In this document: in pieces, positions 1 through 9,405 of the stretch
Layout: each line of letters opens with the position of its first letter
How positions within the stretch are numbered: position 1 is the stretch's first letter
Assembly: GCA_002104905.1 (NCBI GenBank)
Contig: MCFE01000017.1
Coordinates: 1-64,000, forward strand
Origin: Basidiobolus meristosporus CBS 931.73
Lineage: Eukaryota; Fungi; Basidiobolomycota
Direction: 5' to 3'
DNA length: 64,000 nucleotides
The notes under the pieces: generated by a model
What the model was told of the DNA's origin: nothing
Databases searched by the model: none
The model's input: only the letters and a program-made list of their open reading frames with translations
Made by a program: the position numbers and the translations under genes

Positions 1-1246
1 TACTCAGGGTCTAAGGGTTTCATCTAGGGGCTTTACAGCAGGAATATTTGCCATCGGGTGCATAATTGGCGGCCTTGGGGCTGGGGTGGTTGCTGGACAT
101 ATTGGACGAAAGAAAGCACTGATGGCGAACAACATATTCTTCATAGCTGCGGGGCTATTGCAGGGCTTGGCGCCGAACATCCCAGCGCTCATTATAGGAA
201 GATTAATTTCTGGCATTGGTGGTGGATCCGCGTGTGTCTTGGTTCCAACCTACAACTCCGAGATAGCCACTCGTCGTTATCGAGGGGCGCTCGGGGTTCT
301 GACTCAGATCTTCATGACGACTGGAACTTTGGTATCACAAGCATTAGGCCTGGTACTGAATACCATCCCTGGGTGGAGAGTGTTATTCGGGCTCTCCGCA
401 GTTGCAGCGGTTATCCAGAGCATCCTGCTTCCATTCTGTACCGAGACTCCCTACTGGTATATTCACAAAGGCCGCTACGATGACGCTAGGGAGGCACTCC
501 AACGCCTACGCCCTGGATGTTCTATTGACCACGAGTTCGATGAGCTACGAGTATTCAGTAAAAGTGATGATGATGATGGCCGTCGCTCAGTTTTAGGAGA
601 TGATGAAGTTGTGGATCAGCCAGGAGAGCATCGCAGCCTGGGATTCAGGGAAATCTTGGCGGCACCATTCATTAGAAGAAGACTTTTCATTGCTCTTATC
701 ATCCACGTCATACAACAACTCTCTGGTATTAACGGGATTCTTCTGTACTCCTCCTCCATATTCCGCGATTCATTTGGTGAGCTTAATGCCATCTACATTA
801 CGGTTGGTGCGGCTGCTTTGATGGTGGTCATGACCATAATGTCTAGCACATTGATTGATCACGTAGGTCGCAAGCCACTCCTACTGATAGGCGATATCCT
901 AATCAGCATATCCCTTGCTTTATTGGTGATAGGCTCAGTGTGTGTCATCAATACTCTGGTCGTGATCTCAGTAGCCCTGTTCATATGTGGGTTCGCCATT
1001 GGGGTTGGGCCCATTCCCTGGATGATCACACCGGAGCTTCTGCCCCCCGCAGCAGTTGGGTCTGGAACATCGGCTGCTACAGTTGTCAATTGGTTTTGTA
1101 ACTTTTGTGTTGGGTTTGCTTTCCCATCGCTTCAAGTGGCACTTAAAGGATGGACATTCCTTCCTTTTACTATCCTGACAGCAATTTCAGCCGTATATAT
1201 AGCCATGTTTGTTCCGGAAACCAAAGCGAAAGAAACGCAACACTAA
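1..1246 (+). CDS. MFS sugar porter family transporter (GLUT/SLC2-like), 5' partial
   Basis: Frame is open from base 2. Sugar-porter motifs: GRK loop, PTYNSE, WR..FG, ETPYW, QQLSGIN, DHVGRKPLLL, PWMITPEL, VPETK. Multiple hydrophobic TM segments. Confidence 0.9.
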   Translation, partial: TQGLRVSSRGFTAGIFAIGCIIGGLGAGVVAGHIGRKKALMANNIFFIAAGLLQGLAPNIPALIIGRLISGIGGGSACVLVPTYNSEIATRRYRGALGVLTQIFMTTGTLVSQALGLVLNTIPGWRVLFGLSAVAAVIQSILLPFCTETPYWYIHKGRYDDAREALQRLRPGCSIDHEFDELRVFSKSDDDDGRRSVLGDDEVVDQPGEHRSLGFREILAAPFIRRRLFIALIIHVIQQLSGINGILLYSSSIFRDSFGELNAIYITVGAAALMVVMTIMSSTLIDHVGRKPLLLIGDILISISLALLVIGSVCVINTLVVISVALFICGFAIGVGPIPWMITPELLPPAAVGSGTSAATVVNWFCNFCVGFAFPSLQVALKGWTFLPFTILTAISAVYIAMFVPETKAKETQH

Positions 1247-1435
1247 TAGCGTCAATATCTGTACAGAGTATATCAATGAAAATAGTTCCGTTTATTAAAC
1301 ACGTCTCACATTGCCTCATCTCCACATCTACGTTATTATCTAGTTACCAACTGTTGTATTCCGGATCATTCAACTAGATTCCCACTCTGACCACTCACAA
1401 CTAGGCATTGTTACATTCTATAGCTTAGATGACCA

Positions 1436-1485
1436 GTATTGTAACTGAATTTGCACTTATATGTATTGTAACTGAATTTGCACTT
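1436..1485. repeat. Direct repeat of GTATTGTAACTGAATTTGCACTT (23 bp, 27-bp period) upstream of the FMO gene
   Basis: Exact copies at 1436-1458 and 1463-1485. Confidence 0.85.
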
Positions 1486-1586
1486 GTCCCACCGTCCCCT
1501 CACACAATCTCTTCTGGATGGGATCCACTGTGAGGATTATATAAATGTGCCCTTTATCAGTCATCAGTATTCATCTTGCCATAGCT

Positions 1587-3088
1587 ATGCCAGCCGAAAT
1601 CCGCACTTTCTCAAGACCTGTGAAGCGAATCGCCGTTATAGGAGCTGGCCCAACTGGTTTGATCGCAGCGAAAAACCTGGCGCAAGAAGGAGAGTTTGAT
1701 GTCATTGTTTTCGAGCGAAACAATACCATTGGTGGGATTTGGTAAGTATCCCAAGCTAGCTGCTCTCGTCTCTGCTGCCATTAACTTGCATTAGGAACTA
1801 CTCAACCAAGCAGGGACCTGCCATACAGTTCCCTCAGGTAAGCGCAGGCCAGTATGACACCCATGGCAACCCCATTCCCTCGCCAATGTACGAGTCACTG
1901 CGTACAAACATATTTTATGATATAATGGAAGTCCAAGGCCACCAATTCCCTGATCAAACTGTACCTTTCCCCGGCCACGCCGAGGTATTAGAATATCTCA
2001 AGACTTACGCAGAGAAATTCGACTTGATCAAATTGATATCCTTCAACACTTCGGTCAGCTCGGCGAGATGGGATAAGTCAACTGCTCAATGGTCACTTGA
2101 CCTGGCCACAAACCAGGATAATCAGTCAAGCACACGCACCGAGCTATTTGATGCGGTGGTTGTGTGTAATGGTCATCACACCGTACCCCATATTCCCAAG
2201 ATAGCAGGATTATCGGAGGCCGCGACGGCATTTCCGGAAACATTCATGCATACACGTGAATACAAAGCAGCTGAGCCGTTCCGTGGAAAGGTGAGGATGA
2301 TGGGTTAGATGAAAAAGAAACCTCGATCTAGAGGATAATGGGTTAAATGATAAAGAAACCTCATCTAACTACCGTATTATCAGTCCGTGCTGTTGATTGG
2401 TGCTCAGCCCTCTGGTGTTGACATTGCCCATGATCTTGTCCAGCATCCCGACATAGAAGTCAGCCTTTCCATCCGAGAGATTCCCGGCCGCCCACTCCGA
2501 GACTACAAGACATTCAATTCCAAGATCACTCGGCGCCCAGAAGTCGATCGGTTTGATGCAACTGCTCGAGAGGTTCATTTCGTGGATGGCACAGTCATTC
2601 CATTCCCTGATCACATCATCTTTGCCACTGGTTATTTCTATTCTTATCCATTTTTCCGTAACAACCAGCTCGCAGGTTCCCCCACAGAGGAGGAAGTGAC
2701 CGATGGGTTCCATGTGAAATCCTTATATAAGCACCTGTTCTACATTCCAAACCCAACCCTTTGCTTTGTATCCCTGCAGAACATTGCCTCACCCTTTTAC
2801 ATAGCTGATTATCAAGGTAAAACAATAGCGAAGGTGTTTTCTGGGAAGGTCCCCCTGCCCAAGGAGGCTGAAATGCAGGAAAGCTACCTGGCTGATATCA
2901 AGGGGAAACCGGGTCCGCTATACCACATCATTGGCGTGGGCCAGATTGACTATTGCGAGCAGTTGTCTAACTGGATTGGTAATGCCATCCCACCACCAAG
3001 CGAAAAATGGAGGCAGCGTAATTTCGAGATCAATGATATAGTACTAGAGCGCCTAGGCTTTAAACTTCCACTTACGTTCCATAGTTGA
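1587..3088 (+). CDS. FMO1: Flavin-containing monooxygenase, 3 exons (1587-1741, 1795-2290, 2384-3088)
   Basis: FAD motif VIGAGPTG, FERxxxIGGIW, PMYESLRTN, VVCNGH, FMO-identifying FxxxxxHxxxY (FPETFMHTREY), NADPH site IGAQPSGVDIA, ATGY. GT-AG introns keep the frame. Confidence 0.9.
2293..2367. repeat. Imperfect ~38-bp tandem duplication making up most of FMO intron 2
   Basis: GAGGATGATGGGTTAGATGAAAAAGAAACCTCGATCTA (2293-2330) followed by GAGGATAATGGGTTAAATGATAAAGAAACCTCATCTA (2331-2367). Confidence 0.8.
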
Positions 3089-3250
3089 TCCTGCTGTAAG
3101 CTCCGAGAATAAAGGTGGTACAACTCTTATTGTGTAACTGTGTCAACCAACTAGATCCACTGATTGTACTACGCGCACATGGTTCACCCCAATGGCATGA
3201 CTTCAAGGGTTTGGTTGTGTTTATTAAGCCTCTAACGAAATCTATGTTAG

Positions 3251-4343
3251 CTAGTTTGGATGTTTATCACGTAAAAGAATACTTTCAGGGCGGCTTGCCG
3301 ATGAGGAATGTCGATGATCTGGCGTTATATCCTCCAATCTGTGGCTTACATCGAAATCCACCAGATCCACATCGATCGTTTTGATAGCATGGAAGGAGTT
3401 TGTGTGGTATTGATGGGAATTCTGGGCGGAATGTGAGTCCGATCTGGATGGGGTGGTAAACTGCTTTATATTGTTGGAATCGAAGTAGCTGTTGCTTGTA
3501 TTTGTAGCCCGCTGCTTTGCATTCCAGAGCTGGAGTGTCATCAAGCTTGACCCGACCACCACTAGAAATAAAGGTTAGTGCATGGAATCATAGGGATTCC
3601 TCAACAAACTCTCACATACCTGCTAGGATAAATAGCATCACTCCCATATTCTCTGGTCCAAGGAGGATGGAGACCACCACTAGAATGGTGGTAGAACTGG
3701 TGATTCCAAACATGTATATCAACCCGTCATGCTTCAGGGCTTTCCAGTGTGTTTGACTGGAATTTAGCTGCTGATTTCGAAGAATTATCACGAAGATCCC
3801 AGAGTAAAACACGTTGATTACGATATCGAATACCAACTCAGCAAGAAGCGTTGCTTCTGAGAGTACACTGAGGCACGTATTTTCCAGCTCTATCCGAATG
3901 AATGTCTCCTGAAATGTTGCGAAGATAAAGGAGCCGATAAAGCCACATTCGAGAATGATGTGTAATATAAAAAGCCACTTGGCTTTGTTCAAGGCGTAAT
4001 AAGATTTGACGAACAGCAAGCAATGCAGGCCGCACATTGCCATTACAAACCATGCTTCAATTAGACGGCCCTGGGCTGCGCAGTTATCGAAAGGAGCAAA
4101 GTAGCCCACTAACGAAAAGAACAATAGCAAGAAAGCCGACATAGATTGGAAGAAGCACAGCCAAGGGACTGGGGTAAACGTTCCTCGCTGAGTGCGCGAA
4201 ATCGCCATTCTGATAGCACAGATGAAATTTGGAATCATGATTACTAGTAGTGCAGTGTAAATGAACATAGTTACTTTGGTCATCTTTAACATGTGCTGTA
4301 TGGCGCCCAACTGGCCTGGCGTTAGCTGTTGCTGCTGCTCCAT
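3251..4343 (-). CDS. Orphan seven-transmembrane (GPCR-like) protein, 2 exons (4343-3621, 3561-3251)
   Basis: ORFs 3612-4343 and 3251-3562 join in frame across a GTATGT...CTAAC...TAG intron. About 7 hydrophobic segments, Cys at the top of TM3 (FDNC) and in ECL2 (NTCL), polar Ser/His-rich C-terminal tail. Confidence 0.7.
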
Positions 4344-4911
4344 AGCAAATTAATCTAGTAGCAAATATGGATGTCTGGAATAACCCAATCTCAGCTTTAC
4401 TAAAATCACCAGCAACAGGTTAAGAGAGAAGTGAAAGAGAAGCACTATCGAGGAACTCAGTTAAATAAGCCAGGTGTTTTAGCCACCCATCGAATAGTTA
4501 CACTACAAGCAGGTTCAGGACTGGTAAGTAAAAGTTATTCCGACATACTTGAGAATATTAGCATCACTGCAGCGTGGCATGAGTAGAAATCTAAAAAAAG
4601 ATCGGGTAAGCTCATGATCAGCAATTTTGTAACATTAATTCACCAGTAACATTCATCATCATATGCATACCTAGCCATGAGTTTGAGATTTACGAGATGG
4701 TGATGCAGTTGCCAGCTAGTTCATTTGGTGTAATGTTTAGATTGCTTTCTTGACGACTGATCTGGGGCTGTTCCAACTATTGTAGAACAGGTGTGCAACT
4801 CTTATATTGACTTTTATGATGTCTCGTTCAGGTTTATAGGAGATGGTATCAAGTTTGGCTACTCGAGGTTATTAATTGGTAGAAGCTCCCCATGCATCCT
4901 CGTTACAATCA

Positions 4912-5830
4912 TCATGTTGTAATTGCTGAAAGTATCTGTTGGCCTCTTCTCTTGAGAAAAGAAAGCATTGTAACACCTTTGGATATCCCCATGTTAGTTA
5001 CGTGAAGGTCAGCTGAGTAGAATTCTGTGAATGGAATGACCGTCTTGGACTGGATTTGTGCGGTGAATTTTAAGTAAAAACCTTGAGAGTGAATAGAACG
5101 GTCATCTGGAACAGTGAGCTCATAGTATTGTCTACGGCATGGATCAAAGTTGACTGGAGTTATAGGCTTTTTATGCTCCAACTTTACTTGCCAGCACGGC
5201 CTTTGCCTCTTGCGGCGCGAAATGCATGCCCGCGGACCTGTAGAGAATGCTAGCCAAGAGCATTGTGATCGAATGTTAAAAGGGAGAGGCTACTGAATGT
5301 TTCATGCACTTATCTACAGTAGATGGAACTACTCGACCTTCAGATTGTGGTGCAGTAGATACACATTGGTTTGAGCGACTGTTCGTAGCTCAATGGCATA
5401 TCCGAACAATCGTGCCCTGCAGCTTGTTCGGAAAAACTGTGGGGATGACTGTTACTGACTGTCCGAGATGGGTACTTCTAACCGGATATATGTGTGACGT
5501 AGGTAGCTCGTCCTCATCATTGGCACGATCTTTATATCAAGCGTAGTTTCATGGCTAGCAATCGAGAAAGCAATTACTTGATCTCGAATCACCTGATCGA
5601 TAGAAGTCCATGACTAGTACGTAGCTCGACCAAATCAGTAATTTCTTCCAGTAGTGTAGCCTAATTGTTCGCGTATTTGCCCGTAGACATGGTAATAGAC
5701 TTAGTGCTCGCCAACCAACAGAATCTGAATTGAATAGAATGGACTTCAATCAAGCCCGAAGCTAGCCTTTCCAACACTTTCAAAAGCAAACATCAATCGA
5801 AATACACTTGGAGCGCGGTCACCTACTAAT
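4912..5830 (-). pseudogene. Decayed cytochrome P450 pseudogene, possibly once fused to a reductase; boundaries approximate
   Basis: Manual minus-strand translation gives motifs in the correct order: FESVGKASFGLD (5749-5784), I-helix IRDQVIAFSIASHETT (~5542-5590), GYAI..TV.QTNVYLLHHN, heme motif RSQCSWLAFSTGPRACI (FSTGPRACI at 5221-5247), then MHFAPQEAKAVLA in a shifted frame. Multiple stops and frameshifts. Confidence 0.8.
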
Positions 5831-6549
5831 TTTGGCCATCCATGCTTAGCTCACCTGCTTTTTGGCACCTCAAGTCTGTGATAATGATGGTGTTCAGTAC
5901 CAAATCGAGATAACTGCTACGAACAACCGCGTATCTTCATGGCATCAGTGAGTCAGAGATAACTGAGCATAAAACAACAAAAGGCAATATATAAAGCATT
6001 CCGTTTCCTTGGTTACTGGAAGCGTTGTTGAAGGCTTGGGGGATCGCAAAGAACTTAAACCTGATGTGTATTGTGAGGGTTAATACGCTCATTCAGTGCG
6101 AAGATGTCGAATACTCTGAGTGGGAGTAATTGATGATCCTCTATTTGTTTATGACCCAGGCCGTATTAGAAGCACCATAATGCTAGTAGCAATTTTAGTT
6201 GATACGAATGTTCACACGACATCCAATCTATAACCAAAACCCCGAGAACTCCGACATTCCTGAAAACCATTAACCTTGCCAAATAGGTGGAAAATGCCAG
6301 CAAGCCTGGGCCCTTCGTCGACCCAACCCTAATTAGTTACAAAATCACGATATGGATTGCATATAGAAGTATTTTAGCAAGTCTACCAAACCTTAACAGA
6401 AAGCTAACAACCGCACAAGTCATTAACTGAGTCAACAGCGCCTTGGGGAATTATTCGGTCAGTGTTGTATCCAGTTGTTTAACATTCTTTCCTCTACAAG
6501 CCTGCAACTGGTTGTACTGACTAATGCTATATTAAGTAGAATGAATGGA

Positions 6550-6960
6550 ATTTCAACTGCAGAAATTTTATCCGCAAACGTGACTGTGAGTGGGAAGTGA
6601 ACATCACCCGTTGCCTCAAGGTTCTACACAGAAACGGCATTGGTTTCACAAAGCTCAAAAATGGATCACGGCTGGGGCAAGTGTATTCTGATTATCTAAT
6701 GTCTGCTTGGGATTTCTGTGCTAACACGAGTCAGGCGATCTTTCTGGCGTTTTTAATCGGATATACAAGTATCAAAAGATGTGCAAATGGAACAGAACCT
6801 AGTAAACCCAAGTAACAGGTCCTGAGGATCAAATCAAAGATTGTTCATCATTGATACTTTTACTGGTCATAGTCAACAGGTAAGAATACAAACTTGGGTT
6901 GGGCCCTTACATTGCTGGGATTCCAATCTTTTCCATGAGGGGTTTTGAACGTATTTTACC
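6550..6960 (+). mobile_element. Possible highly degraded pogo/DDE_1-type transposase remnant
   Basis: Broken frames read SGK*TSP, AQKWIT and RLFIIDTFTGH, in an order resembling pogo G.KLPP / aWMt / LLILDxfsgH. No TIRs or intact ORF found. Confidence 0.25.
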
Positions 6961-7529
6961 TGACAGTCACAAGGTTTGAATAGTGAAGTTTCTTAGTTTA
7001 CATGCGGAGAGTGAGGTAGATGGTCTACCTGTTTATATCTGAACGATCAGGTTCACATTCAAGTATCTTGTAGGCATCACTAGGAGTCTACTTCAAATCT
7101 TTAAAAATTTGTAATTTTGCCAACCATTGTGTAAAGGTCAAATATTTGCGGATATTTCAATCTATTGCATTGAGCTTCTGTTAGGGCAGGACCGATAGGG
7201 ATACCAGTAGCTATTTGAAGTTGCAAAATACAGACACCCACCATTAATTTAGAGTTCTGTTGTGATAGCAAATTGGTGTTGAAATTAGGCATTCAAGGTA
7301 GGAAGCTAAAGGATTACATGAAGCATCCTAAACTGAATGGAAGATTCATGTATATCACAAGAAATCAATCGAGCTGTTTTTTTCCACTTTGTATTTACAC
7401 CGAAATATTCTATTGACTTGGTCACACCAGTCATAGCTTATAAGCTTTACTCTCTGTTGGGATGATAGCTGATGAGCTTTAATCTTTTTTGGGATGCACT
7501 GGTGATATTTTCCTCAAAATGTCAGGTAT

Positions 7530-8495
7530 CCAGAACATTAAAACTTGTTAAAATGTTCAAAAGCCTTGAAGCTTTGCACACATGCTCTTAGGACCTTTCT
7601 GAGCATATTCTGTGTGCTTCTAAAAGTATGAATATTACTTTGCATTCAGTGAATCATTAAGTGAAAATCTAATAATCTACTGGTTCTCCCAGCCAATAGC
7701 TCTGCTAACATACCATATCTGATACCATAGTTTATTTTGTTGGTAAAAGAACCATTTTTGATAATGTGTTCTAATAGCTCTTTAGTACTAAGGAGATATC
7801 CATTAGGTAGAATCCTGGAGCATACACAAGAGCCCAAAAACAGCACATATGTTTTATATCCCTTACCAGAAATGCTGAATGAATGTATAAGCTGTTGTGG
7901 GAGTAATGGAGATATTGGAAGTGATTGGGAGAACAAGTAGATTATTTGGTTTTCACTTAATGATTTATTGAATGTAAAAGTAGCATTTATACTTTTTGCA
8001 TTTTGTATTTCCACCTAAATACTCACCTAACTTAGTCACTTAGATCATCACCTTCAAATCCCAGAGAATACTGACCAAATTCCTTGTCGGGATTTACTTA
8101 GAATATTTACCCAGAACATGAAAATTAGTTAAGTTGTCCAAACAGCCCCAAACTTTGCACACATGCTCTTGGGACCTTCCTTGACCTATTCTACGTGTTT
8201 GTTATGCCAAGACCTTGTAAAATTATAAATACTACTTTTACATTCAATAAATCATTAAGTGAAAACCACATAATCTACTTGTTCTCCCAAGTCACTTCCA
8301 ATATCTCCAAGACTCTTACAACAGCTTTGCACACATATTTTTGGGACCTTCCTTAACAAACTCTACATGTTTGTCTGCTCTACTTTATCAAAAGTAAATA
8401 CCATACTTTTGATCAATAAATCTATAAGTGAATAACATGTAAATCCTCTAGTTCTCCACATCACTTCCAATACTCCTCAGACTATTGCAACAAAG
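7530..8495. repeat. Cluster of four diverged copies of a ~170-bp AT-rich unit in mixed orientation
   Basis: Core TACTTTTACATTCAATAAATCATTAAGTGAAAACCACATAATCTACTTGTTCTCCC occurs forward at ~7636-7690, ~8233-8288 and ~8403-8458, and reverse-complemented at ~7927-7985. CTTTGCACACAT recurs at ~7572, 8153 and 8325. Confidence 0.85.
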
Positions 8496-9155
8496 ACAAT
8501 GACAAATAATCCGGCAACTAGTCAAGTAGAAACCTCAACTATATCAATATTTGGGTAATGATTTCAACAAATATGTATTTTATGTTGTTCTACAACAAGC
8601 ATACATCAAATTATTAGTGCAAAACAAACTTTCATTGAAGTCCACTCTCTATCTCAGGTATCAGGTAGAAGAATGTTAGGAATGTCAGCAAAAAAAGGGG
8701 ATTTCAGGTTTAGCCATGTTAGATATTTATTCATCAGGAACCTTCACAATACAAGACAGAATTTAGTTTTGCCAGTTATTGCGTGCCTGTTGACCAGCTG
8801 AATCGGTATATGTTGTAGATGGTATCAGATACTGAAGTAATACTCGTGTACTTAGCCATTGATACTCCAGCCTATGGGCCATGCATGGTATCTCCCATCC
8901 CATTACGTGTAAAAGCAGTATTTACAATGAGTACCATATGCCGTAGATCTAGATACGTGAACGTCTATTATTCCAGGGGACCAAGTTACTAAACGAATTA
9001 AATAGAATATATTTATGTGCTTTCGGCTATGATTCGGCTTCTTGTAATAATTCGGCTAAAGCAAGATAATCTGCAGCATGATACCAAAACTGGTCAAAGC
9101 CTCATAAATCGCTTACCAGAACTAGAATAATCGATAACAGTGAATGGTTAGTTTC

Positions 9156-9328
9156 GATCGATGGTGTCCGATCCATCAGGAATATGGTCTGTGTGGAAAC
9201 GAATTCTGCACTCAGTTGCTGGATCAAAGCCAGGATCCAATCTTCCACTCACCGATATATATATATATATCCACCGATCACCTGATCACCTCTCCTGCCG
9301 TTCAGATCGGGCCACTTGTTGGTTGATC
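9156..9328. promoter_or_regulatory. GATC-dense promoter (8 GATC) around an (AT)n TATA-like tract, upstream of crgA-like gene 1
   Basis: GATC at 9156, 9170, 9222, 9234, 9276, 9284, 9305 and 9325; (AT) run at 9255-9270. Confidence 0.55.
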
Positions 9329-9405
9329 ATGATGCCGATTCATATACAATATACTTGAATCGAACAACTTCTGATTCGGATAAAAGGAGAGGAGAGCCTC
9401 GAAAT

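Noticed and set aside
5330-5500. Plus-strand peptide ..LSEMGTS.. suggestive of a TnpB/Fanzor RuvC-II motif
   Set aside because: The same DNA is fully explained by the P450 pseudogene on the minus strand, and there is no zinc finger or RuvC-III motif.
7101-7292. ORF containing GIPIGPAL, superficially like the reverse-transcriptase motif GxPxGSxLS
   Set aside because: No downstream YxDD or other RT motif found, so a chance match is likely.
7921-7985. QVDYLVFT**FIECK reading in the repeat unit, resembling a PD-(D/E)xK nuclease motif
   Set aside because: Contains stops, and the unit period is not a multiple of three; treated as a non-coding repeat.
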